Source of the DNA: an uncultured delta proteobacterium
GTDB lineage: Bacteria > Desulfobacterota > RBG-13-43-22
Assembly: GCA_963790475.1 (NCBI GenBank)
Contig: CAWBOS010000006.1
Coordinates: 128,001 to 192,000 of the forward strand
DNA length: 64,000 bases
Direction: 5' to 3'
The translations under genes and the position numbers were made by a program. Positions 49,925-58,409 of this stretch are shown here, piece after piece. The number at the start of each line of letters is the position of its first letter. Positions within the stretch are counted from its first letter, which is position 1. The notes beneath the pieces are model-generated. The model was not told the origin of the DNA and made no database searches. It saw nothing but the letters and a program-made list of their open reading frames with translations.

Positions 49925-51166
49925 ATGCTTTTTGTATCCGAAGGAGCGGTAGCTCAAGCAAAAGTCATGAAAAAGATTATTACCGGTTCAAATTTAGATG
50001 GAAAACAAGAGGCTTTGCCTGATGAGGCGGTAGGGATGACCCGTTATCAGGTGATGGAAAAAATTCCATTTGAAGTCCATCAAAAAAAGACCCTTTCGGT
50101 AGACTATAGTTGGGTTGATGATTGCTTTTTGTCTCCCGACGATTTCAGGTTGCAATTACGAAGAGAAAAACGACGGGTCGAACGTTCTTCGGCGCCTTTG
50201 TCCATTGTCCTTTTTCAACTCAATGAATCGGTATTGAGCAATAAATTTCAACTTAAGAATTTTTTGGATTCTGTCAGGACCAGGACCCGGGAAACGGATA
50301 TCAAAGGCTGGGTGGACGCAAAAACTATCGGTATGATTCTTCCGGATACCAACGGCGAAAATGTGAATAAATGCGTTAATTTGGTAACACGGGGGACTGA
50401 CCAGCGCCATTTTTCCATCATTAAAGGGAGTTTTCCTGATTCCCTTTTTGAAGAATTACTCGATGAATCAAAAACCGCCCCTGATCTTTTCCCCTTTGAA
50501 CTGGATTATATTTCAACAGGTCGGAGCGCAGCTCATTTTTTCAAAAGGTGTTTTGATATATTCGGCGCTCTGGTAGGGTTGGTCCTTTTTTCTCCGCTGA
50601 TAGCCTTGACGGCCCTGGCCATCAAGATAACTTCTCCGGGTCCCGTTATCTTTAAGCAAACCCGTCTGGGCTGCAGAGGATGCCGCTTCCCCTTTTATAA
50701 ATTCCGGTCCATGTTTGTGGAAAATGATGACCGTTGTCATAGGGAATTTGTAGCCGAGTTAATCGAGGGCAAGCATGAAGCCCTTAATCAAGGAGATAGC
50801 CAGCAGCCATGTTTTAAAATAAAAAATGATCATCGTATTACCCCGGTCGGCAGAATTATTCGCCGGCTCAGCTTAGATGAACTTCCTCAGTTCTTCAATG
50901 TCTTGAAAGGGGAAATGAGTTTGGTGGGACCAAGGCCCCCGATTCCTTATGAAGTGGAAAAATATAAACCTTGGCATCTTCGTCGAATTCTGGAAATAAA
51001 ACCGGGAATCACCGGGCTTTGGCAGGTGGATGGAAGAAGCCGGACCTCTTTCGATGAGATGGTTCGCCTCGACCTCCGTTATTTGATGACCTGGTCATTC
51101 TGGTTGGATATAAAGATTTTATTCAAAACAATCAAAGCGGTTCTGGAAACCAAAGGGGCCGTATAA
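49925..51166 (+). CDS. priming phospho-glycosyltransferase with N-terminal degenerate GGDEF-like domain
   Basis: KRCFDI, YKFRSM, DHRITPVGRIIRRLSLDELPQFFNVLKGEMSLVGPRP, KPGITGLWQV; start uncertain (49925 or 49967). Confidence 0.9.
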   Translation: MLFVSEGAVAQAKVMKKIITGSNLDGKQEALPDEAVGMTRYQVMEKIPFEVHQKKTLSVDYSWVDDCFLSPDDFRLQLRREKRRVERSSAPLSIVLFQLNESVLSNKFQLKNFLDSVRTRTRETDIKGWVDAKTIGMILPDTNGENVNKCVNLVTRGTDQRHFSIIKGSFPDSLFEELLDESKTAPDLFPFELDYISTGRSAAHFFKRCFDIFGALVGLVLFSPLIALTALAIKITSPGPVIFKQTRLGCRGCRFPFYKFRSMFVENDDRCHREFVAELIEGKHEALNQGDSQQPCFKIKNDHRITPVGRIIRRLSLDELPQFFNVLKGEMSLVGPRPPIPYEVEKYKPWHLRRILEIKPGITGLWQVDGRSRTSFDEMVRLDLRYLMTWSFWLDIKILFKTIKAVLETKGAV

Positions 51167-51172
51167 TAAGGT

Positions 51173-51314
51173 GAGAACTTTGAAAAATGTTCAATTTTGT
51201 TCAAGGTCAAGGAAGCCGAAAATTTTAACCACAGGAATACATTTAGTATTTCGAGGATTAAAATTTGAGTCTGACGTAGAGATTGGACCAAAGGGGACGT
51301 TTTCCTAAGGTCTC
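51173..51314. mobile_element. MITE-like element (142 bp) with degenerate inverted ends
   Basis: GAGAACTTTGAAAAATG vs reverse complement of CGTTTTCCTAAGGTCTC (13/17); no coding capacity; fills the intergenic gap. Confidence 0.5.
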
Positions 51315-51327
51315 AAGGGGGGATAAC

Positions 51328-52455
51328 ATGAAAATTGCGGTATTAGGGTGCGGTTATTGGGGCCCCAATTTGATTAGAAATTTTTATCAATTGAACAAAG
51401 TAGATGAGTTGTTTTGCTGCGATCCGGACCCGAAGAGGTTGGAGCGGGTAAAGAACCTAATACCGTCTGTCAAACCGATACAGGACTATAAAGAACTTCT
51501 GGAGATGCCTGATTTGAATGGGGTAGCCATTGCCACTCCGGTAAGGAGTCATTATCCTTTGGCCAAGGATTTTCTGGAGCATGGCAAACATGTGATGGTG
51601 GAAAAACCCCTAACCCATTCCCAGGAAAGCAGTTTGGAATTGATCAAAATAGCCGAAGAAAAAAAGCGAATCCTGATGGTGGGTCACACCTTCGAATACA
51701 CGGCCGCCGTAAACAAGATCAAAGAGATTGTTGAAAGCGGAGAATTGGGGAAAATCCTGTATGTGAGCTGTACCCGGGTCAACCTGGGGCTCTTCCAAAA
51801 TGATATCAATGTGGTTTGGGACCTCGCGCCCCATGATATATCCGTCATTCTTTATATCCTGGGGGAATTCCCGGTTTCTGTCAACTGCCAGGGGAGGGCC
51901 CATTTTAAATCAGAAGTGGAAGATGTGGCCACAACGACGCTGAATTTTAAGAACGGCTTGATTGCCTTTATACACAACAGTTGGCTTGATCCGAAAAAGA
52001 TCCGGAAAACAACCATTGTCGGAACACGAAAAATGCTGGTTTATGACGATATAGAAGTACAGGAAAAGATCAAGATATACGATAAAGGGTTGGAAATCCC
52101 GCCTTATTATGACACCTTTGCCGAGTTTCATTTTTCCTACCGCTCAGGAGATACCTACAGCCCAAGGGTTGATGAATATGAACCTCTCCGGAAACAGTGC
52201 GATACTTTTCTGGAGTGTATAAAGAAAGAGATTCATCCCCCTTCAGACGGGTATAGCGGCCTGAGGGTGGTGTCCATCCTGGAAGCCGCTTCAAAATCAT
52301 TAAAAAGGGCCGGTAAGGAAACTCCATTGCGCCTGGCCAAAGAGGAAAAAAATGTTCATTTGAACGACAAGGGCTTTCCCGTCTTCTCAAAAGTCCCGCT
52401 GAAGCCTAAGACGGAGACTTCCTTACGGGTGCTGGGAAAAAGGGGAAGTAATTAG
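51328..52455 (+). CDS. Gfo/Idh/MocA oxidoreductase (nucleotide-sugar dehydrogenase-like)
   Basis: GCGYWGPN, IATP, HVMVEKP, MVGHTFEY, WDLAPHD; ATG 51328 after GGGGGA. Confidence 0.9.
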   Translation: MKIAVLGCGYWGPNLIRNFYQLNKVDELFCCDPDPKRLERVKNLIPSVKPIQDYKELLEMPDLNGVAIATPVRSHYPLAKDFLEHGKHVMVEKPLTHSQESSLELIKIAEEKKRILMVGHTFEYTAAVNKIKEIVESGELGKILYVSCTRVNLGLFQNDINVVWDLAPHDISVILYILGEFPVSVNCQGRAHFKSEVEDVATTTLNFKNGLIAFIHNSWLDPKKIRKTTIVGTRKMLVYDDIEVQEKIKIYDKGLEIPPYYDTFAEFHFSYRSGDTYSPRVDEYEPLRKQCDTFLECIKKEIHPPSDGYSGLRVVSILEAASKSLKRAGKETPLRLAKEEKNVHLNDKGFPVFSKVPLKPKTETSLRVLGKRGSN

Positions 52456-52927
52456 ATGAAGTTGTTTACCATCGCCCCAGATGTGAAATTGGGAGAAAAT
52501 GTCAAGGTTTATAATTATGTAAATCTTTACGGCTGTGAAATTGGGGATGAGACCAGGATCGGGTGTTTTGTTGAAATACAAAAGAATGCCAAGATAGGAA
52601 AACGCTGTAAAATATCGAGCCACACTTTTATTTGTGAAGGAGTGACTATCGAAGACAATGTCTTCATCGGTCACAATGTAACTTTTATTAATGATAAGAT
52701 TTCCCAGGGCGACGAATGGGAAAGGAATACCCAAGGACGAAGAAGAGTGGGAAGTGGAACCCATAGTGGTAAAAAAAGGGGCGTCTGTCGGATCCAGCGC
52801 CACCCTCCTCAGCAAGGTAACGATCGGGGAAAACGCCATCGTCGGGGCCGGCAGTGTGGTGACCCGTGACGTTCCGCCCAACACCATCGTAGCCGGCAAT
52901 CCCGCACGCGTCCTACGTAGAATATAG
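52456..52927 (+). pseudogene. hexapeptide-repeat N-acetyltransferase with +1 frameshift (or sequence error)
   Basis: VNLYGCEIG..ISSHTFICEGVTIED..FIND K, extra A ~52699, then FPRATN..VKKGASVGS..IVGAGSVVT..AGNPARV. Confidence 0.78.
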
Positions 52928-53066
52928 TCTTTGTGGTCTCTTTGGTCATTTGGTCTATTTAGTTCCTTTGGTCTTTTAGTCTATTCAGTCAAAGGACTAG
53001 ACGACTTATAAAACCGAACAGACCAAACAGACTAAACAGACAAGACAGACCAAATAGACTAAACAG
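52927..53066. repeat. nonamer-periodic palindrome upstream of four-helix-bundle gene 1
   Basis: about 7 GTC(T/A)nTTnn units then GACCAAACA GACTAAACA GACAAGACA GACCAAATA GACTAAACA running into the ATG. Confidence 0.8.
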
Positions 53067-53432
53067 ATGACCAAAATTATTCGCTTTGAAAATCTGGATT
53101 GCTGGCAACAAGCCCGGAGATTGGTCAAGGAGATCTATAAGATTTCTAAAGGAAAAGCATTTTCAAAAGATTTCAGGTTGGTTGGGCAAATCCAAGGATC
53201 AGCAATTTCTGTAATGGCCAATATTGCTGAAGGGTTTATCCGTAAGTCGGATAAAGAGTTTATCCAATTCTTATTCATCGCTCTTTCATCTGCTGCTGAG
53301 GTTCAAAGTCATTTATATGTTGCCTTGGATCAAGACTATATCCGTGATGAGGAATTTAATACATTATATAAGCAGACTGAAGTAACAGCAAAAATGATTT
53401 CCGGATTGATCAAGTATCTCCGAAAAAAATAA
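53067..53432 (+). CDS. four helix bundle protein (23S rRNA IVP / TIGR02436-like)
   Basis: FENLDCWQQAR, DFRLVGQI, SVMANIAEGF, EFIQFLFIALSSAAEVQSHL. Confidence 0.92.
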   Translation: MTKIIRFENLDCWQQARRLVKEIYKISKGKAFSKDFRLVGQIQGSAISVMANIAEGFIRKSDKEFIQFLFIALSSAAEVQSHLYVALDQDYIRDEEFNTLYKQTEVTAKMISGLIKYLRKK

Positions 53433-53436
53433 TACC

Positions 53437-53605
53437 GTCCTTCAGTCTTTTTGGTCTATTTTGTCTATTCAGTCAGTAAGGCTAAGGGGCTGAAAAAACC
53501 AAAAAAACCAAAAAGACCAGATAAACCAAACGACAAAAAAGACCAAATAGACCAAACAGACTAGATGACCAAACAGACTAAACAGACGGAATAGACCAAA
53601 CAGAC
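53437..53605. repeat. nonamer-periodic palindrome downstream of four-helix-bundle gene 1
   Basis: GTCTTTTTG GTCTATTTT GTCTATTCA left; about 12 (G/A)ACCAAAnA-like units right, ending at the degT ATG. Confidence 0.8.
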
Positions 53606-54793
53606 ATGAAGATTCCTTTTTTAGATCTAAAAGCCCAATACCTCTCCATCAAACCGGAGATAGATGGCGCCCTCCAGGAAGTAATAGACGATACCGCCTT
53701 TGCCGGGGGACCTTTCGTGGCCCGGTTTGAGAAGGCCTTCGCCGAATTCTGCGGATGCCAAGAGGCCATCGGAGTGGGCAGCGGGACCGAGGCCCTGTGG
53801 ATGGTCCTGCTGGCCCTGGGCGTAGGCCCCGGCGATGAAGTCATTACCGTGCCCAACACCTTCATTGCCACGGCCGAGGCCATATCATTTTGCGGGGCCA
53901 CTCCGGTCTTTGTGGATGTCGAGGAACGCACCTGTAACCTCGATCCCAACAAACTGGAAGACTTCCTTAAAAAACAGGATAAAGGATCGAGGATAAAGGA
54001 TAAAGATGACTCCTCGAACCTCGCTCCTCAGTCCTCCGGCCTTGGCCGCTTGAAGGCCGTGATCCCGGTTCATCTTTACGGTCAGCCGGCCGATATGGAC
54101 CCCATCCTTGAATTGGCTCAAAAATACGGATTGTTTGTCGTTGAGGACGCCTGTCAGGCCCACGGTGCGGAGTATAAGGGAAAGCGGGCCGGGGTCTTAG
54201 GGTCGGCTGCCGGGTGCTTCAGCTTCTATCCCGGAAAGAATCTGGGGGCCTACGGGGAGGCCGGGGCGGTGACCACCAATGATAAAGCTCTCGCTGATCG
54301 GATCCGCATCTTCCGGGATCATGGACAGCCTAAGCGGTATTACCATGACGTCGTGGGTTGGAACGGCCGCATGGACGGGTTCCAGGGAGCGGTCCTGGGA
54401 GTAAAGCTTAAATACCTCGACGAATGGAATAAGGGAAGAAGGGAAAACGCCAAACGATATAATAAATACTTGTCTGGCATAGAGGGGATCATCCTCCCTG
54501 GGGAAGCGGACTATGCCTGCCACGTCTATCACATCTATCCCATCAGGGTTAAAAACCGGGATCGGGTCATGGAGGCCTTAGTGGAAAAAGGGATTAATTG
54601 TAACATACACTACCCAGTGCCTATCCATCTCCAGAAGGCCTATGAATTTCAGGCGCACCGATTGGGTGACTTCCCGATCTCTGAAAAAATTGCTTCAGAG
54701 CTTCTGTCCCTTCCTATGTTCCCGGAGCTGACCGAGGAACAAATCGTCTATGTGGCCGACTCATTAAAAACCATCTTGGAGGAACGAGGATAG
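53606..54793 (+). CDS. DegT/DnrJ/EryC1/StrS PLP aminotransferase
   Basis: IPFLDL, GSGTEAL, PVHLYGQ, EDACQAHGA, SFYPGKNLGAYGEAG, LSLPMFP. Confidence 0.95.
   Translation: MKIPFLDLKAQYLSIKPEIDGALQEVIDDTAFAGGPFVARFEKAFAEFCGCQEAIGVGSGTEALWMVLLALGVGPGDEVITVPNTFIATAEAISFCGATPVFVDVEERTCNLDPNKLEDFLKKQDKGSRIKDKDDSSNLAPQSSGLGRLKAVIPVHLYGQPADMDPILELAQKYGLFVVEDACQAHGAEYKGKRAGVLGSAAGCFSFYPGKNLGAYGEAGAVTTNDKALADRIRIFRDHGQPKRYYHDVVGWNGRMDGFQGAVLGVKLKYLDEWNKGRRENAKRYNKYLSGIEGIILPGEADYACHVYHIYPIRVKNRDRVMEALVEKGINCNIHYPVPIHLQKAYEFQAHRLGDFPISEKIASELLSLPMFPELTEEQIVYVADSLKTILEERG
53976..54034. repeat. heptamer palindrome inserted in frame within the aminotransferase gene
   Basis: AGG ATAAAGG ATCGAGG ATAAAGG ATAAAG ATGAC TCCTCGA ACCTCGC TCCTCAG TCCT; encodes the extra loop QDKGSRIKDKDDSSNLAPQS. 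Confidence 0.75.
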
Positions 54794-54859
54794 AGGAAAA
54801 AGGTTCGAAGAACGAGGTTCCGAGGTAAAAGGATTAAGGTAAAAGGAGAAGGGATAAGG
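54781..54859. repeat. heptamer array (nnnnAGG) upstream of four-helix-bundle gene 2
   Basis: AACGAGG ATAGAGG AAAAAGG TTCGAAG AACGAGG ... TAAAAGG ATTAAGG TAAAAGG. Confidence 0.75.
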
Positions 54860-54867
54860 CAAAGAGC

Positions 54868-55236
54868 GTGGAATTTGAGAATTTAGAGGTTTGGAAAAGA
54901 GCGGTAAGACTGAGTGCCAATATATACAAAGAATTGGCTATGCTAAAGGATTTTGGTTTTCGCGATCAGATAACTCGGGCAGGATTATCCGTCCCAAGTA
55001 ATATTGCCGAAGGATTTGAGCGAGGGTCACAGAAAGAGTGCGTTGTATTTCTATCCTATGCCAAGGGATCCTTAGGGGAGTTGAGGACTCAGATCTATAT
55101 CGGAATGGCCATCGGCTATATTGACCAGGTTACCGGAAATGAATGGATCAAAGAAGCAAAAGAACTTGCCTCCATGTTGGGGGGACTTATAAAGACCAAA
55201 CGTAATTTTATCCAAACACAATCCAAAAGCAAATGA
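54868..55236 (+). CDS. four helix bundle protein (23S rRNA IVP / TIGR02436-like)
   Basis: FENLEVWKRA, DFGFRDQITRAGLSVPSNIAEGFER, FLSYAKGSLGELRTQ. Confidence 0.92.
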   Translation: MEFENLEVWKRAVRLSANIYKELAMLKDFGFRDQITRAGLSVPSNIAEGFERGSQKECVVFLSYAKGSLGELRTQIYIGMAIGYIDQVTGNEWIKEAKELASMLGGLIKTKRNFIQTQSKSK

Positions 55237-55251
55237 ATATGGCATTTTCAC

Positions 55252-55303
55252 CCTTTATCCTCGATCCTTTCTCCTTTATCCTAGAACCTCGCTCCTCAAA
55301 CCT
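55252..55303. repeat. heptamer array (CCTnnnn) downstream of four-helix-bundle gene 2
   Basis: CCTTTAT CCTCGAT CCTTTCT CCTTTAT CCTAGAA CCTCGCT CCTCAAA CCT; complementary in register to the upstream array. Confidence 0.8.
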
Positions 55304-55350
55304 GGTCAAACTCAACAAACCCAACCAATCCACCCAATCAGCTATCAGCA

Positions 55351-56391
55351 ATGAGCCATGAGCTAAGGATTATTAATCCGTTAGATATTCCCGACTGGGA
55401 TGAGCAGGTTCTTCGGCTCCCTAATTATTCTTTCTTCCACTCCGCAGCGTGGGCAAAGGTCCTTTCAGAAGCATATAAATACAAACCGACCTATTTTACC
55501 TTCTTTGAAGATAATAAGCTGACCGCTCTGTTACCCGCGATGGATGTAAACAGCATATTGACGGGCCACAGAGGAATATCACTCCCCTTCACTGATTTTT
55601 GTGAACCTATTGCAGATAGTAACCTGAATTTTCGGACTTTATTTGAACATGCAGTATCCCATGGGAAAAAAAGCGGATGGAAGTATATCGAACTTCGTGG
55701 TGGTCAGACTTTTTTACCGGACACTGTTCCATCCCAAACTTTTTTAGCCCATACCATGGACCTCTTTCCTGATGAAAAAAAAATAATGAACAACTTTCGG
55801 GACAGTACCAGGCGTAATATAAAGAAGGCTATCACCGAGGGGGTGACGGTAAACATCCTCAATACAAGGGAAGCGGTAAAAGAGTTTTGCAGATTGAACT
55901 GTCTTACCAGAAAGGAGCATGGACTGCCACCGCAGCCAGGAAAGTTTTTTCAGGCAATATATAAACACATTATATCAAAAGGGCATGGATTTGTGGCTCT
56001 TGCCTATTTTCAAGGAAAGGCCATAGCGGGAAATATCTATTTTCATTTTGGTGAAAAAGCGGTTTATAAATATGGAGCCTCAAACAAAACCTGGCAGCAT
56101 TTAAGAGCCAGCAACCTTGTGATGTGGGAGGCAATTAGGTGGTATTGTCGAAAGGGGTGTGAACAAATGCATTTCGGAAGAACCGAAGAGGATCATCAGG
56201 GGCTAAGACAATTCAAGATGGGCTGGGGGGTGCAGGAACATGCTGTCAGCTATTCAAAATATGATTTGCGAAAAGGCAATTTTGTTAAGCAAAAAAACAA
56301 GGTTACATTTTTTCAAAATTCAATTTTTTGCAGGATGCCCGTTCCTTTATTGAAAATTACCGGTTCTTTGTTTTATGGACACATGGCATAA
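55351..56391 (+). CDS. FemAB-like / GNAT acyltransferase (polysaccharide-associated)
   Basis: FFHSAAW, SLPFTDFC, RRNIKKA, HGLPPQP, YKYGAS, FGRT, GLRQFKMGWG. Confidence 0.85.
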   Translation: MSHELRIINPLDIPDWDEQVLRLPNYSFFHSAAWAKVLSEAYKYKPTYFTFFEDNKLTALLPAMDVNSILTGHRGISLPFTDFCEPIADSNLNFRTLFEHAVSHGKKSGWKYIELRGGQTFLPDTVPSQTFLAHTMDLFPDEKKIMNNFRDSTRRNIKKAITEGVTVNILNTREAVKEFCRLNCLTRKEHGLPPQPGKFFQAIYKHIISKGHGFVALAYFQGKAIAGNIYFHFGEKAVYKYGASNKTWQHLRASNLVMWEAIRWYCRKGCEQMHFGRTEEDHQGLRQFKMGWGVQEHAVSYSKYDLRKGNFVKQKNKVTFFQNSIFCRMPVPLLKITGSLFYGHMA

Positions 56392-56430
56392 AGGTGCGAG
56401 GTCAATCGAATCAATGCGCGAGGGTGAAAG

Positions 56431-56688
56431 ATGATTGATAAAAATCAAATTAGATTCTTTATTCAGGACGAAATCATGAAGGAAGGGAGTCTCGATAATT
56501 TTGAGGATTCAGACTCATTGGTTGAGACAGGGATTATTGATTCTCTTGGAATTCAGATTCTGTTGGCTTTCCTTGAGCAAACTTATTCAGTTCATATTTC
56601 TGATGATGAACTAATACCGGAGAATTTTGAGACTATTGAAGCTATTTCCGAATTTGTTTCCCGTAAAATTTCAAAGTCAGGTTCTTAA
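56431..56688 (+). CDS. acyl/peptidyl carrier protein (DltC/PltL-like)
   Basis: acidic 85 aa with GIIDSL phosphopantetheine site and PENFETI. Confidence 0.9.
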   Translation: MIDKNQIRFFIQDEIMKEGSLDNFEDSDSLVETGIIDSLGIQILLAFLEQTYSVHISDDELIPENFETIEAISEFVSRKISKSGS

Positions 56689-56747
56689 AGAAGATGGGTT
56701 AAGCAAGAATGAAAGTACGTTACAGATCATAAGGGAATAGATTTGCC

Positions 56748-57380
56748 ATGTTGTCCCATATTAGAATGCGTCTTTTTCATTCAGTTGAGACTATAGTTAA
56801 TAAGGGTTTCCCCTTTTTTTGTAAGGAAATTGTATTTATTAATAGAACATGTATCTTGTTAGAAAAAGGATTAAAAGGTTTTGTGCCTCCCCGGGTCAAT
56901 CGCAACCATTCCGATTTGGTATTGATTGAAATTAATTCAGATAATGTTGATAGATACTTTTTTCAATCAAGGACGAGACGTTTAAAAGCAATTGGATATG
57001 TTAAGAAAGGTTATCATGGGTATGGGATTGTTAGAGATAAAAAAATCATAGGAGATATTTGGTGTTTTATGCAAAACAGTTCTCCAAAAATTCATCCTGA
57101 CCTAAAATGGCTTGACATTAAATGCGCTCCGAATGAATGTTATTCATTTGATATGTATCTAAGTCTTGAAGAAAGAGGGGGTGGCAACTTGGCGGCTTTT
57201 CTTGAAAATGCCTTGTTTTACGATCTTCAAAGGAAAGGTTATGAGAGGATCTATGGTTACGTATGGGCGGATAACTTTCCTGCCCTTTGGGCCCATAGAG
57301 TAGTTAAATGGAAAGAGAAGAAAAAATTTGTGGTAAATCGGTTTCTAAATTTTAAAAAAAAAGCTAATAAAAGTGAATAA
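56748..57380 (+). CDS. GNAT-like hypothetical protein
   Basis: IIGDIW, YSFDMYLSLEERGGGNLA, GYVWADNFPALW resemble GNAT motifs A/B. Confidence 0.65.
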   Translation: MLSHIRMRLFHSVETIVNKGFPFFCKEIVFINRTCILLEKGLKGFVPPRVNRNHSDLVLIEINSDNVDRYFFQSRTRRLKAIGYVKKGYHGYGIVRDKKIIGDIWCFMQNSSPKIHPDLKWLDIKCAPNECYSFDMYLSLEERGGGNLAAFLENALFYDLQRKGYERIYGYVWADNFPALWAHRVVKWKEKKKFVVNRFLNFKKKANKSE

Positions 57381-57412
57381 GTGTTTTGAACCTTATCAAA
57401 TGAGGGTAAGCT

Positions 57413-58408
57413 ATGAATCAACTTGATATTCCCATGGTCCCACGACGCAAAGAAACATTACCAATAGTTTATGGAGATACTCCTTCTTTTTTGGGAGTGC
57501 CTGTTCTTGATGCAGAATCACAGCAAAAGGATTTAGATGTTATATTCATGGGTGTTCCCTGGGAGGGGACCATAACCTGGGGTTCTTTCACGGGATGCGA
57601 ACTCGCACCGCGAGTTATCAGACATGCCGCAGCCAGATATGGCGGTTTTCTTCCTGAATATGAATTAAACCTTTTTGATTATCTTAATCTTGCGGATATT
57701 GGTGATATATCGGTTAGTCCTAATACTCCCGCGGAGACCATGAAAAATATTTTTACCGCAGCTCAATCTATATATAAAAACAATAGCGTTCCCTTTACTC
57801 TTGGCGGGGACCATTCCATTAGTCCTGAGATTGTGAAAGCTTTGAGTGAATGTAAAGAGGGGGATATAGGCATAATTCATTTTGATGCCCATCTGGATAA
57901 TGCTAAGAAATTTGGAAAAGACCGTTTTCCCAGATGTGGTCCTCTTCACAGGATTGCGCAGATTCCAAAAGTAAGAAAGAAAAGTATTGTCCATGTCGGC
58001 ATAAGAGGGCCAAGGAATTCTCCATCTCAACTCGAGTATGCTCGGCAGATGGGAGCCAAGGTCTTTCATATGGGGGAGGTACGGAATCGGGGGATGGAAG
58101 CGGTTATTAGTGATGCGATTAATATTGCTCATGAGAAAACCAAACATGTCTATGTTACTATCTGCAGCGACTGTATAGACGCGGGATATAACCCTGGAGG
58201 GCCGGCAGATTTCAATGGACTTTTTCCCTATGAGTTATTCTCATCTCTTTACCAACTTGGAAAAACAGGGATATCCGGTCTTGATTATGTAGAGATTTAC
58301 CCGAATCAAGACCCTCAGTCATTTTCTGCCCATCTTGCTGCTTGGGCGATTATTTATGCGTTAGTTGGAATGGCGTCTAACAAAAAGAGTCAAAAAGGAG
58401 ATTATTAG
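57413..58408 (+). CDS. agmatinase/arginase-family ureohydrolase
   Basis: GVPWE, GGDHS, HFDAHLD, VGIRG, variant TICSDCIDA, VEIYP. Confidence 0.88.
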   Translation: MNQLDIPMVPRRKETLPIVYGDTPSFLGVPVLDAESQQKDLDVIFMGVPWEGTITWGSFTGCELAPRVIRHAAARYGGFLPEYELNLFDYLNLADIGDISVSPNTPAETMKNIFTAAQSIYKNNSVPFTLGGDHSISPEIVKALSECKEGDIGIIHFDAHLDNAKKFGKDRFPRCGPLHRIAQIPKVRKKSIVHVGIRGPRNSPSQLEYARQMGAKVFHMGEVRNRGMEAVISDAINIAHEKTKHVYVTICSDCIDAGYNPGGPADFNGLFPYELFSSLYQLGKTGISGLDYVEIYPNQDPQSFSAHLAAWAIIYALVGMASNKKSQKGDY

Positions 58409-58409
58409 C

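Noticed and set aside
52927-53605. CRISPR array
   Set aside because: Units are 8-9 nt, degenerate and contiguous with no unique spacers; no cas genes in the window
53067-55236. Diversity-generating retroelement suggested by Avd-like four-helix proteins
   Set aside because: No reverse transcriptase and no TR/VR pair with adenine-specific mismatches seen in the window
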